DNA of 63,073 nt, the filler included, from Reticulomyxa filosa (taxonomy: Eukaryota > Protista > Foraminifera), in the NCBI GenBank assembly GCA_000512085.1. It is 16 parts of 16 records of this genome, joined end to end, with 100 filler letters (N's around TTAATTAATTAA, not from the genome) between each part and the next. Parts side by side here need not be neighbours in the genome. Positions count along the whole stretch, not along the records: positions 1 to 28,953 come from ASPP01013962.1; positions 29,054 to 32,949 come from ASPP01007282.1; positions 33,050 to 35,012 come from ASPP01000715.1; positions 35,113 to 36,863 come from ASPP01022831.1; positions 36,964 to 38,515 come from ASPP01020879.1; 11 more parts are not named here. One strand, written 5' to 3'. Positions 24,862 through 38,259 of this stretch are shown one piece after another. The translations under genes were made by a program, and so were the position numbers. How positions within the stretch are numbered: position 1 is the stretch's first letter; each line of letters starts with the position of its first letter. The notes beneath the pieces are model-generated. The model did not search any database and was not told the DNA's origin. It saw only the letters and a program-made list of their open reading frames with translations.

Positions 24862-27307
24862 CTAAACACAAGCCGAACCGCTGTGACGCAGCAGTTCAAT
24901 AGCGATCAATCGCATCAACTTTTCGTACGTGTTTCTTCCGTACTCACCAAACTTTTTTTGGATGGGTTCTAAACTTTTTTTCTCAAGAATACATTCCTTG
25001 GCTTGCTTGTACGCCTCTTGAAACTGAGACGGCCCCATGAATTTTTCTAATTCGGAGCGCAACTGACCGACGTCAGTAACACCCATAAACTCAGTTTGGA
25101 GCCGTTCCAATTTTTGCATTAAATCAAAATCGAGTTCCATTGAAGATTTATTCTCTTTCACGTGAATAGAAAGAGAGGGAGCTTGCACGCTTTCACTGTA
25201 GGATCACAAAAAAGAAGGGGCATTTTGATAAAGCATTTTTTTTTAAGACAAATGATCATGTATAAACCTATTGTGTTGATCGGCATGAATCACGTCATTC
25301 TCTTTTTCCGCAGAAGTTTTTCTCACCAACTCATATTCTTTTCTGCTCACACCAATATGAACGTTAGAACATTAAGTCAAAATTTGCTCATTGTTTTTTT
25401 TCATTTAATCAAAACTGTTTTAAGTGTTTTTTCAATTCTTCCTTGCGCATTTCTAATTCACTGAGTTCTTTTTGACTCTTTTTTTCTTTTATTTTCACTT
25501 TGTCTTCTTTGGGCTCTGTTTTTTCTGTTCGTTTATTTTTCTGCGACTTTTGTTGCAAATTTTTGTTGCTAATTTTGGGTGGTTTGTTATCATTTTTGGA
25601 ATGTCTTTGTAAATCATCATGTGTGCCCTGTTCTTTTGAATTACTGTCGCTATTGTCACCTTCGGAAGAATTCTGTAATATTGTATCATTTTATGTCGTT
25701 CCGAGAGCAACTCAATGACTTAACTCTGTTTTTCTCTCCCTGCCTCTATTGTTTAAAAATAGAGCCATAACATCAACTATTTTGCTGTCATGAGTATTGG
25801 TAGCATTGGCTTCGCTTTTCATGAGACCATTCAGTTCTTCTTTAATTTTCTGTTCAAATTCTCCTCCTTCGAATTTGGGAAGATCCGAATTCTTTTAAAA
25901 AAAAGATACAATTTTTTGTTGCTCTTCATTATCCAAAAAAAATATCATTTATTTTGATTTTTTTAAACTCGAAACATTTGCTGGATTCTTTCAACGCCCG
26001 TCTTTTCTTTGGTTTCTACTGGATGCAGTTTGTGCTCATCAGATGCCTTGTTGGTTGTTGTCGCAGGGACGTTACGTATGCGTTTCTTGATCGAAGAATC
26101 ATCATGATTTGGAGCTTCTAACGAATCTGGTTCAGGTAATTCTGGAAAGTCATACTGTGTGGAGAATCTTTGTCGGCTGTGGCTCGTGTTCCGATTCTCA
26201 GACAAACTACGAACTCTTGTTGAAGGCTTTGCTATTTTTGGAGCATCCGGTAGGGCATTCAGGAATGACTGAAATTCGGTGACAGTATCCGACAAAACTG
26301 GATGGTTTAGAATCTCTTCACTGGTCGGCCTTTCATTTGGATTTTTTTCCAACATTTTTGTCACTAACTCCCTTAATTCTGTTGAGTACACTATTGCAAA
26401 TTACCAAAAAAATAAGTTTAAAAAAATTTCGAATATAAGTCATGTTTTCAACTCACAACTTAAAAAGTCACAAGGGGAAACATTAACATTTGCTTGAACA
26501 AACTTATTGAACCTGTTGGCAGTGGATTAAAGGGTTTGGTGGTAATTTGCATAAGTAGAGATGCAATATGAGATGCATTGAAAGGCTTTTCAAAATTCAT
26601 TAACTCGTATGCAACACAGCCTAAAGACCATATGTCCGACTTGTGGTTGTAAGGTTCGCCTTGACATATTTCTGGAGACAGGTAATATGGTGTGCCAATG
26701 GTGGTATTGGCCATTGATTGCGTATGTTGCAGTTCTTTTGATATCCCAAAATCTCCCAACTTGACTCGTCCATTTTTGAACAAAAAGATGTTCGAAGACT
26801 TTACATCTCTGTGTACTACGTATTTGCAGTGGCAATGCTGCAAAGCGATGACCACCTGGCACACTACACTTTTGATTTGCTGTTCAAATTTCAAACAAAT
26901 TACAATTTTTAAAAAAAATAATTTCACATAAAACGTGATTAGGAGAAGAAAAAAATAAATTAGATACAGCTTCTGAAAGAATTTTATTTTTTTTTTTCTT
27001 TTTCGATAAATTTTGAGAGATCTCCTCCGTCGCAATACTCCATCACAATGCAAAGCTTATGTTTAGCGTTGAGAAAGGAATCAACAAATTGAACAATGCA
27101 TGGGCTATTTAGTTTTTTTAATAGATCGACCTCTTGAATAGCACTTTGTCGGTTGTGTTCACTTAATGCACTCAAATCAATTTGTTTTACAACATATCGT
27201 TGATCTGAGTTTTCTGGTGTGCATAAATAAGCACTACCAAAATTTCCACTTCCCAATTTCTCAAGCAATATGTATCTGCCAATTTTCTTTTCTTTTTTTG
27301 TTGACAT
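24862..27307 (-). CDS. NIMA-related (NEK) serine/threonine kinase
   Basis: LGSGNFG, YVVKQI, MEYCDGGDL, HRDVKSSNIFL, KLGDFGISK, GTPYYLSPEICQGEPYNHKSDIWSLG, plus a NEK-type C-terminal helical region. One-base frameshift in an A-run at about 26987-26997. Confidence 0.93.
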
Positions 27308-28213
27308 TGTACTCGTCTTGATGTTGAAAACAAATTAACAAAAACTTTGAAGAGTGTCAACACTCATAATTCTAATATAAGATGTTTCAAATATTCTGTG
27401 TTCACCTTTTTTGTCGCAAATAAAAAAATGTAAAAATTATTTAATTTCCAATGTGAGACAAACTATTGATTTCAAAACAAGAGAAATAGAAATAATAAGT
27501 TATATTGCATGAATGCCTAAAATACAACTTGTGTCTTGTTTACTGCAGACACTTTTTTTAAAAAATAGAAGGTATAAAAAGTTATTTCAAAACAGAGAAA
27601 CAACATTGCCAATGATAAAATCATTGACAAAGAAGCTTCTCAATGGCATCTTATATTAGACGTGACAACATACAATCGATCGCAAAAAAGATATCCCCAA
27701 AAATGAGTTCCTACAAGCGTACGATTTTATTCACGAAAACACATTTTTGAAATTTATTTTAGCAGTAAAAACAAAATAAAACGAGATATTAATTTTGAAA
27801 AAATGAAAAACAAACCATTTTTCATTGTCTCTACACTTTTATAAAAATCAAATTCGTTTAGATTTACTAAAATGTGTTCCATTTTAAAAAATTTCTAATT
27901 TTTTGTGAATAAAATTGCAAATGTTCATAGGAATCTTTTGCTAATTGTATATTCATAATATCACCTACTTTCTTGAAAAATACGAGCCACCTATTTTTTG
28001 TTTTCTGTTAAGTAATCATTTTTTAATAATATATTTGCAGGAAATGATAAATTTTTGTGTAAAGTTTAAATACTAAAAAAGTATTTTAATGCTTTTTTTT
28101 TGAATTTGTAAACAGAAACATCTACAGTAGTAATTCTTTCAAGAGAGCAAAAAACGGTGAAAAAGTCTAGTTTACAAGTTTTTTTACGTTGAGACATCAT
28201 CCATTCATAAAGC

Positions 28214-28915
28214 ATGTGGCTTCATACTAGACCGTTTCTGATTTTTGCCCTGTTGTTTTCTGCAGTGACAAGTGTCGACAATACTGATGATGTTCACGTA
28301 CTGATAGCTCCGACCTTTACGTCCCAACTGTTGCGACCATATTGGAATGTTCCGGCGGTGGGACTGTTTTGGAACGGAGATGTGATATCCCTGTCAATGC
28401 GAGTGAGCGATTTTTCAGAGGCTTCACTATTGACACTATGTAACATGAGTTATTTCGGCTCTCCGTCCGATAAGAAAGAAGAGCATTATTACGTCACAGT
28501 CTCAATAAACTCGCAAACAATAGCGAATTTGTCCTTGCCATTCCAAAGCAGCGAAGCAGCGAACGAGACGTGGCCACCGCCACGAAGACACGACGACGAG
28601 AGTCAAAATGTAGCAATCGCGGAGCTATCGTACGAAAAGTTGGCATCGATACTGGACGAAGAAGGCACATTGTCGCCGAGTAGTGCCATTGACTTCATAC
28701 TCTCATTGCAAGTGCACACCAGCAACCCGTATGGCATGTGCATCGAGCAATTCGCACTAACATGCGCCAGCTGTACGATCGAGACAGCCTCGCCACGGAC
28801 AGAATGGGTAAGCACCACGCTCGCGGTAGAAACCCATTCCGCCGTGCACACAGCCACGCAATATTATCACTTTGGTTGGTTCGAAATCGAAAAGCATCCC
28901 CCTTTGTGGAAAGGT
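28214..28915 (+). CDS. Secreted/surface hypothetical protein, 3' truncated by gap
   Basis: ATG, signal peptide (FLIFALLFSAVTS) and about 230 codons of GC-elevated ORF ending at a probable GT donor. Confidence 0.6.
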
Positions 28916-28916
28916 T

Positions 28917-28953
<37 letters not shown>

Positions 28954-29053
28954 NNNNNNNNNNNNNNNNNNNNNNNNNNNNNNNNNNNNNNNNNNNNTTA
29001 ATTAATTAANNNNNNNNNNNNNNNNNNNNNNNNNNNNNNNNNNNNNNNNNNNN

Positions 29054-29105
29054 TATCATCATAAGATATGTTTTAGGAGTTCAGTTTTCTTTGCAACCTG
29101 CTGTA
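29054..29105 (-). mobile_element. Tc1/mariner-like TIR fragment
   Basis: Reverse complement TA-CAGCAGGTTGCAAAGAAAACTGAACTCCTAAAACATATCTTATGATGATA, nearly identical to 38168-38219. Confidence 0.6.
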
Positions 29106-29395
29106 GTTAGTATGACATTACCTTTTTGTTCTTATAGTGCACCGTTTGAATTTAAAATGCATTGCTGCAACAATCAATGAACACACGCTAAGACAAAGAT
29201 CATTGACATTAAATAATGTTGTAAAACTGCATGCTATGTTATAAAGTTATGAATGCAATAGCATTTTATTAAAATTTTTGATGAATTGACTATTGAATGA
29301 ACAGCACAAAAGCAATAGAAACAAGCATATATACATTTGTCTCCTCCAAAAACAAAATTATTCCACAATTTTTTAATGTTTCAGTGTATTTCTCT

Positions 29396-31316
29396 TCACA
29401 TGCGACTGATGAGCTCTTCTGTCGTGATTTTCCCTGATCCATCGGCGTCAATTTCAGCAAACTTTTGCATAATCTCTTCAATACGTTCAGCGTCACATTC
29501 TTTTAATTCAATCAACATTTTTGACAAGAACTCGTACCGATCAATGACTCCGTCGTTGTCCTGATCAAACTCCATTAGCTGCGCCTCATCAATCAAAGCT
29601 TTTTGTAACATCAATTCTTTCTGTTTCTTCTCTTTGGAAATGTTGAACGAATCAATGATTTGAGTGGCAAACTGTATGCATAGACATTCACATAATATAT
29701 ATATATATATATTATATGTATGTAGTTGTTACGTGTATCAATCAAACAAACAAAAAAAAGAACGGTAACTTGAGCCATGGTAACAACGCCAATGATCATA
29801 AAAAAATAGAAAAGACCTTTCCCCCTTTGGTTTTTGCAACAGTATCTCCGTATCCTACAGTGGCCATTGTGACAAAATTCCACTCAAAGGATGCTGACCA
29901 TGGATATCCTTCCACATAATGGAAGAACAGCGTCCCGGACAACACCTGGAGACAACACAAGAGCAAGAAAGCAAAGCTAAGGGATCGAATGCATCTCATG
30001 TGCACACATGTATATACATTAGCGCATAAGCGTATATGCACATAAGTATATATGTATAACAAGGTACATATACAAATAAGAAAAGGGTAATAAAAAGCAC
30101 ATTCCAAAAGTGACAAAAGGACAATGAAAAAGCGATAATTTTGGAAAGTGGAATCGGATTGTTCGTCTGTGGTTGAAGAACCTTTAGTATCACTGGACGG
30201 TTGTTGTTGTGGCTGTCCATCTTGTTTTATATCTTTTTCAAGTTCAGCTTTTGTATCCTTTTGTTTTTCTTTTTCTTTTTCTCTTGCCTGTTCATTTTCC
30301 TTTTCTTTTTCTTTTTCTTTACGTTCGGCCAACACCTTTCGCAATTCGCGCAAACTGAGCAACTTCTTCATGAGTTCGGTGATAAAGGTAGCGATCAAAA
30401 ACGTATCGACGAGAATGAAAAAGGCGTTGACGACTTTGCCGGCTCGGGTGTGAAAGTAAAGGTCACCGTAGCCTACGGTCATCGACGTCTCCACGCAAAA
30501 GTAGATCCAATCCAGGTACTCATAGTGTGGACTTTGATTCTTTTCGATCAGGTAATACACGGTACTGGCGAAAAACATCCAAACCAGCCATGCCATGAGA
30601 TACAAGATCCATCGCTTGTCGTCCTCCAAAGGAATGTCTTGGTGGTTAATATCTTCCAATCCGTAAAGGGTTAACAGCGTAATGCTCATACTTTCGATCA
30701 CCGATGTACTGCCCGTTGTCGACACTTGCAACCCCAATTGCAATTCAATTTGCCCACAAGGCAAATTTTTTTTCGGGTCGTATATATCTGCCACACAATA
30801 ATACGTATTGCTACTGTTTTCCGCTTCGCGTTGTTGCGTTGATGCGCTTTCATTCCACGTGATCCCCATAAACGATAGCAACACCTCTCCAATAATACGG
30901 TCTTTGTACACTCCGTCGTCTTCGATGATTTGTAATATTAGAAACTGCTTGTCCAATGTTTTCACTTTCTTTTCTTCTTCCTCTTGTTTCAGGTCAAACC
31001 GCACTGTTTCATTCAGCTCACAGTAATGATAGTTGGGACCCATTTGCTTTGTTTTTGTTGACCGTGATAACAGCATGTTGTTCCCACGCAGTTGCACACG
31101 TCCAAACAGGGTCGATACTTTGTTGCGACGTCCCAATAATGGGTTCAGAATCGACAAACACTTCTCACGAGCTCGAACACTCCACGGGTCCACTGCTGGA
31201 ATCGCAACCTCGCGTTTTTTCAAGCTCCAATGTGAACTTGTATTCGCTTTTGCCGCTTCTAATGCTTCCACCCAAGCCAGATATTTTTTTTCGCTTTGCC
31301 GGTTGATGCGGCTCAT
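29396..31316 (-). CDS. Two-pore (TPK/KCO-like) potassium channel with N-terminal C2-like domain and C-terminal EF-hands
   Basis: Two pore loops (TSMTVGYGD, TMATVGYGD) and EF-hands DQDNDGVIDRYE and DADGSGKITTEE. The N-terminal ELNETVRF...LILQIIEDDGVYKDRIIGEVLL is C2-like. Homopolymer frameshift near 29800. Confidence 0.85.
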
Positions 31317-31776
31317 TTCTTCTTTTTAATTATGTTAAAAAAAAAAGCAAGAAAAAAACGGGAACTATTTTCTATTCTTTTCACTAATGCTCATGCGCGC
31401 TTACCATTGGTGTTAACAGACTTATTTTTACACATTAACATCTGATGGACTACAAGAACTGTTTTATCAAAGCAGAATATGCATTTGATTTAGATTAGAA
31501 ATACAGATTGTGTTCTAGTTTTTAACAAAATCTAAACTAAAATAGTTTTACCTTTTTGTTAAAAGTAAGCAAATAATCAACCTTGAGCAAGTTGTTCACG
31601 AGGAATAGTTTTTCCTCAAGAAAGCAGAACCAGTGCTGGCAGATCTTTTGCATTAAATTAAAATACTATCAACTTCAAAAAATAAAGTACAACAAATTAT
31701 GCATAAATTAAATTATTGTTATGTTTGAACAAAAAAAAAAATTTTTGTTTCTAGGTTTCAAACAAAATTTTAAAAG

Positions 31777-32858
31777 ATGGAGCCACAAGAAAGAAAAAAA
31801 ATTGGAAAGGGTTGAAACTGTAATAAATGTCTCAAGAAAAAAACTGAGCTCCTTCATTGTGCCTCAGGTATCGAGCTTATACGGGCAACATCTTCCACAG
31901 AAATCTGCAATCCCAGTAATGATGAGAATGTGGCTGGGATAGACAATCACCTTAGTGTTGGTTCTGCAGCTTCCAAACTTGGTGAGTGTGCAATTGTTTT
32001 CCACAAACTGAATTACGAAGTTCGTTCGTTATCGATGAACATGCGCAAGAAATCCCTTTGGAAAACTACACGAATATTAAAGGACATCACTGGGTTCATT
32101 CCAAGGCAAAGTTTATGTGCACTTATCGGACCCACTGGAGCAGGTTTTTTTCAAAACAAAACAAAATTCAATTAACAATTGTTTGAAATCAATTAGCAGC
32201 AACCTTGATTGTTTGCCATTCAACCAAAAAAAAAAGGAAAAACGACATTTCTACAATTAATTGCAAACATCTCAGTGCAAGGAAAACTGACAGGACAAAT
32301 TGGTGTGAGCTCGAAACAGATAGCGTACCTTAGTCAAGTATACGTATCATGTGTATACAAATTATTTTTTTTGGCACAAAAAAAAATAATAATAAATAAA
32401 TAAAAAGAACCAGTGGATAAATTGAAAAACAATGTTTGAGCTTAGTTTCCAACGATGCCAAAAGACGAGACAGTGTTTGAATTAGTGCGATTTGCTTGTG
32501 CAGTGAAAAGTGATTTGACAAAAGTGACCGCAAAAGAGATTGCAAAAAAACTACGGAAGTATTACAAACTTTGCACTTATTAAAAAACAAAGACCAAAAA
32601 ATACAATCATTATCGGGAGGAGAGTACAAACGAGTGGGCATTGCCGCTCAATTGGTGGCCAATCCAACCTTGCTGATTTTGGACGAACCGACGAGTGGAT
32701 TAGACACCCCTCACGCTTTGGAACTGGTTCAAACCTTGCGCAATATCGTCAATGTCTGTTCTTGCACCATTGTGCTGTCCATTCACCAGCCACAAAGAAG
32801 GATATGTGATTTATTTAATTGGGTGTTATCGATCAAAGAAGGACGTTTGATTTATCAA
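31777..32858 (+). CDS. ABCG-family transporter, N-terminal nucleotide-binding domain (3' truncated)
   Basis: Walker A ALIGPTGAG-KTT across an intron, signature LSGGEYKRV, Walker B LILDEPTSGLD and H-loop SIHQP. Homopolymer frameshift near 32544. Confidence 0.9.
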
Positions 32859-33233
32859 GTTTTTTTTTTGTTTTGTTTTTTTTTGATTGAAGTAACAGCA
32901 TAATCCCATTCCATCAACGTAAAAAAAAAAAAAAAAAAAACGGGTCCATNNNNNNNNNNNNNNNNNNNNNNNNNNNNNNNNNNNNNNNNNNNNTTAATTA
33001 ATTAANNNNNNNNNNNNNNNNNNNNNNNNNNNNNNNNNNNNNNNNNNNNGTTGAACTATGTGAAAACGAAATAAAATCGAAGTATGGGTCAGAAATAAAA
33101 GATTTTGAAGAAAAGTTGACAAATATAAAAAATAAAGATCATATCTTTTTATTTTCAAACAATGACACTTTTTTTTTTTAATGTAATAATTACATTATAA
33201 TTTGGAAGAATCTCACGAATAAACGACAAAAGT

Positions 33234-34133
33234 TCAGGAAGGGTCGAAGCATACACTAGCGACCATTGTGGACTTGCATAAGTAAGTGAAAAACGCAAGG
33301 AGCACTTTGGAATGTTCACGTAGCTGCTGGACATGTTTTCCGTCACACTCGAACTTGCTGTAGTCAAAGACCAAAAATGTGAAATCATTCGCCGACACGG
33401 ATACAATGTGTCCTCCTGTCGGACTCGATGCGACCACGTACCCCATGCACGCGTCCGAACACGTTTTCAAAAATGTCAGTAAGTATCCCAGCTTTTTTTC
33501 ATTAAATGTGGGATCTACTGCCGTCACTCCATTATATCGGATTTGACCATGTTTGATATTACTTTTTTTTTTTTTAATAAAAAAAAAAAATTATATTCAA
33601 AATATGAATATGCGTACATACATGCCAATTTACGTGTATACGTATATATAAAAAAAAAGATCCACCTTAATGACTTCATCTCTTTTGAAAAATAAGTTGC
33701 AAGTTCAGGAAAATTTAAAATGACTTTGTATTGAGAGACTATTGCTGCTATTGCTCTCTTGCTTGACTTTGTCCTCTTCCAAAATGTCACGGGTGATAGC
33801 AACTCTCACTACTCGGCTGGTAACGCATTCCAAGGCCACCATAGAGGTGCCCATGCGAATGGCAAATTTCACCAATGGACAGAATCGTGGCAAGTTGTCT
33901 TCGGAGGATACGTTGAAGCATAAATGATTTATCACGTTTCCATATATGCTGAACTGGGAACATAACAGCGTCACTGCCTGCTTGTAATGGCATTCCGAAA
34001 GGACTTTGAATCTTATGTTGTCGATTTTATACTTTTTCAGGAACTCCTTCCAAGTTGTTGATGATTCTACTTTGTCCACAAATCCACGAAATTGCTTCTT
34101 ATGTTCTTGTCGTTTCTTGGCCACAGCTTCCAT
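33234..34133 (-). CDS. GNAT acetyltransferase of the arylalkylamine-N-acetyltransferase-like type (possibly frameshifted)
   Basis: YKQAVTLLCSQF...AIRMGTSMVALE...VAITRD, motif A-like TAVDPTFNEKKLG, and ASSPTG...FDYSKFECDGK. Frame change near 33760. Confidence 0.55.
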
Positions 34134-35112
34134 TGTTTTTTTTTTTATTCAACTGAGTGAAATAAATAAATATTGATACAGAATAACTTAAAAAAAAAAT
34201 ACTTCAAACAAAAGGGGCGCCTTCCTTGCCAATTTTAGTCTGCTTTGCTAAAACGTGATTTAAAAGAAAATATACTGTTTTGTAATGTAAAACTGTGTGC
34301 TGATTTTTTTTATTTATTTACACGATTGTACTAATTGGATTCATGCACAACAAATCAAAACTTGAATGTTGTGTAAATAGAGTATCACACGCTAGTATAT
34401 GATAATTTGTCAAAGATGAACAATAATGTATTGTCTTTTCAATCTTTAAAATAAAGCTATTTTGCCGAATAGAAAGTATTTAAAAGAAAGAGCACTTGAA
34501 GTCCAAAAAATTAAACATTTGAACGAGTTTTATTAAGACGTAAACAACCAACAGCAAAACAAAAAGATCAAAATTCTATCATTTTGTCCAACGAGCAATT
34601 TCTGTCAATCTTTTATATCATTTGCATCTTTCCAAATTAACCACATGAATCTCAGTAACATGAGCAATTTGCTGTTGTTACTACCCCCATAACCAAATTG
34701 TCTTATCCATTGGACAATTCGCATAGTTTACACGCTTATTATGGTACTTTATGGACATAATTCCAATTTAAATCTGATTCATGCATTAAAGAAATGCTAT
34801 GACACTCTCACTTAAAAATTGTGAAAATTCCAAGCGAAGTAAACGGACTGACTTAGCATAATTTTTGAACAGCTGAAAAAAAAAAAATCATTATAACGAT
34901 GCAGATATACTGACATTATTAAAAAGTAGCACAAGCAAGTTTGTTTGTTTGTTTTGAAAGAATCTACGTCCATCATAAAAATATATACACATATTCTTTT
35001 TTTGCTACTGCANNNNNNNNNNNNNNNNNNNNNNNNNNNNNNNNNNNNNNNNNNNNTTAATTAATTAANNNNNNNNNNNNNNNNNNNNNNNNNNNNNNNN
35101 NNNNNNNNNNNN

Positions 35113-36863
35113 CTGCTCTCAATTATTTCCGTTTCAATGAAATACACTCTTTAATTTATCAAATTGATACTTTTCTATCACCCAAATGCCTTGGTCGTTC
35201 TCTTCAAGCAGCCAAGTCTATCAAACCGTTTCTTCAGAAAATCAACTGCCAAGTCACTGATAAAGATATTGACAAGATATTACAAGATTGGAGAGATTTC
35301 AATTGTGATATATTGAAAAGTTATGATTTATATAATATTAGCGATCGAGAAGACTTCAAAGAGTGCAGAGATGCTATTGCAAGGTTTGGATTGATTCTTC
35401 AGCCGTTGTGGGCTTGTCTTCCACATGATCGTGTTAAAAGGTCATGTCCGATCTCATTAAATATCGGGAAACCTAATTTAATTCTTCGTTCACATAAACC
35501 ATTATTGAAAGTAATTGACTTATTTGAATCTCATGAGTTTATCCCACAAGCGGAACATATTTTGATTTGCAGCGAGAACACATTCGAAGAGGATGTCACC
35601 TGTTTGGTATTTCGGGCCATTAGCAGCGACAAACGAATGCAGACAGAAACTACAAACATGGAGATAGATCATGACTTTGTGAAGCCATTATATTGCTTGG
35701 TGTATCCAGAAAATTTAGCTCCTGAAACATTGAATCAAGTCTGTAAAAGTGTACACGATATATTATTGGATGATATTCAATCTGAAAAATTAAAGCATTG
35801 CATTTATATGTTTGCTGTCATGTCCTCCGATCCTAACAATCTTTTATGTAAACTCTTGGAGCCATTTTGTGTTTCACTCTCAAATAAATCACTCCGAACT
35901 TTTCCAAATAAAATGTTATCTCGACTTTATCATAACAATTGGACTAATCTACAATCTCATTCCATTGCCACGGAGCCACCACGGATACAGCTGTATACAT
36001 CGAAACGGGTTGGAATGGGCAAAAGTACACTTATTCAAAGAGATATCGAAAAGATTCGAAAAAAACACGAAAATAGCACTAAAATGGTCAAAGAAATATA
36101 TGTTGCATTTAATGGCAAAGATATCGATTGGACACAAATAATGGATAATCTTTGGAGTTATCATCCTTGCCCCAAGGATTCATTGATTATTTGCCATTTA
36201 AATATCTCCTCTTGTGTTTCAGTGCAAATCAACGACTTTTTATTTGAATTATTATTTCTACAACACATTGACTCCAATTCCCAAATATCGCAATGTTTTC
36301 ATGTCAATTCCAATATGATCTTTTTAATTGAAATTCCTTCCACTTTGGATAATCTCAGTCCCAATGAAATGTTTTTCAATTTGTTCTCTCGTGTTATTCA
36401 ATTTCCAAATGTTGAAGTATCGAATCTAAATAATTCATTTGAATTTGGAATGGATGCACAATATACTATCAAATGGATGCAACAATATTTCGAAGGAAAT
36501 TTAGAGTTCTCTTACATTTTTTTTGCTTTTTTTTTAACAAAAACTACTTGTATCCACCCTGATGTACACTTTAAAAAAAAGAGCTGACTTCGACCCAAAT
36601 ACCATGCCAAACCTTCGCGTAGAGGATATGCAACAGTTTATGAAGGAAAACTTTCGTGGAATAGCCAACTCAATTCCGGTGCATCAACGTTCTTTTTTCA
36701 AATATTTATATCAACAGTTTGAACCTCTGTTACAACCACCATTAAAAGAAAAAAAGATACAATTAAGATCTAAAATCACAAAATCTGTGATCGATATGGC
36801 CAAAATCTTATGTTGTCGCCAGTATGATCATATCAAACTCAATGAAGACCAAAAAAGTGAAAG
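35113..36863 (+). CDS. RNF213 (mysterin)-like giant AAA+ protein, internal fragment
   Basis: EHILICSENTFEEDVTCLVFRA, YCLVYPENL, Walker A YTSKRVGMGKSTLI, HLNISS...NDFLFELLFLQHI and FLIEIP follow the order of RNF213-family motifs. Open at both gaps; one intron at about 36505-36581. Confidence 0.7.
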
Positions 36864-36963
36864 NNNNNNNNNNNNNNNNNNNNNNNNNNNNNNNNNNNNN
36901 NNNNNNNTTAATTAATTAANNNNNNNNNNNNNNNNNNNNNNNNNNNNNNNNNNNNNNNNNNNN

Positions 36964-37662
36964 CATTTGTTATCATTGTTTTGTAATGGTGAAATATCAA
37001 CACACCAAACAACACGGTCATGTCCTTTGAAAACATGTAATGATTTTGATATTTCAACATCCCATAAACGAATAGTTTTGTCACCAGATCCAGAACACAA
37101 ATATCTACCACCATTAAATTGTGAAAATTCAATCCCATAAACACCTTTTATGTGTCCGTTGAATATTTGCAATTGCTTGTTATGTTTGAAATCCCAAAAA
37201 TGAACGGTTTTGTCATCTGATGAAGAACAAATGACATTTTGACGATTGTTATGATAATGATATGGTGAAAATTTCACACAATACACAATGGATGAATGTC
37301 CATTGAATGATTGAATTTGTTTGTTGTTATCAACATCCCATACACGAACTGTTTCATCATCTGATCCAGAACAAATGAATTGACAACCACCAAATGTTGA
37401 ATAATCAATACTCCGCACCCAATTAGTATGTCCAGTGAATGTATTGACTAATTTGGATGATGAACGAAATGTGTCAAACATGAAGATAGTATAAACATAT
37501 GTTAAATAATATTGTAACGTTTTAATTGGCATTTAAGAAAAGAAAGAATAAATAAACTAACATAATTGATAACAAGTTTATCAAAATCTTTGATCCATCC
37601 TAATTGAATGTTTAATATTCGAATCCAATGATGAATAATGACTTGGATTTCTTCTTCTTTTG
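36964..37662 (-). CDS. WD40-repeat protein (expanded lineage-specific family), 3' truncated
   Basis: Intact repeats GHTNWVRSIDYS...CSGSDDETVRVWD, GHSSIVYCVKFS and GHIKGVYGIEFS. Upstream exon IQVIIHHWIRILNIQLGWIKDFDKLVINY. Confidence 0.9.
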
Positions 37663-38167
37663 ACTGTTTTAATCATAAAGCAAATGAGAAAAACAATAAT
37701 AACAAAAACATAAAAAAAGAACTTAAACGAAACTTTCATTACTAAGCTGCAGTATCTTCTTTGATGATGTAAAGATGAAAAAGATTCTTTTCAACTTTTT
37801 TTTTTAAGTTCACGAAGGGTCAACAATTTGTTTTATTTAATAAATATAAACTTTGTAATGAGAAAGTATTTATAAGCAAAAGTTTGTGTCTTATTAAACT
37901 TATAATGACATTCATTATTTGTACATACACAAATGTTAATTTTTTCTATTGGAAAGAAATCTTCTTTTTGTTATTGCAAACAATTAACAAATCTCTAAAA
38001 CTGTACAAAGAGAATATGAGTATAGTTGTGAAAAAAATGAAGGACTTGTCAAAACTGGAATAACTTCTAATTTTTTAGTATTTTTGCTTCTTTATTAATA
38101 AAGAATGTTTGTTTCTAAATCAAAAAAAACTTTTTTGGAGTCGACAAGAATTTTTTGTTTTAATTTC

Positions 38168-38250
38168 TACAGTATGTTGCAAAGAAAACTGAACGCCTAA
38201 AACATATATTATGATGATAATTGATTTTCTCAATGAAAAATCAATTATTA
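38168..38250 (+). mobile_element. Tc1/mariner-like TIR fragment
   Basis: TA-CAGTATGTTGCAAAGAAAACTGAACGCCTAAAA...TTGATTTTCTCAATGAAAA, matching the other four copies. Confidence 0.6.
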
Positions 38251-38259
38251 TCATAATAT

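Noticed and set aside
31777-31870. In-frame TGA near the ABCG start suggesting readthrough or an alternative genetic code
   Set aside because: It is removed by a plausible phase-1 intron GTTGAA...CAG (31811-31867). The conserved genes show no stop reassignment.
4231-32550. Frameshifts in the LRR (~4240), TPK (~29800) and ABCG (~32544) genes as programmed recoding
   Set aside because: All lie in homopolymer runs and need shifts in different directions, which is typical of homopolymer sequencing error.
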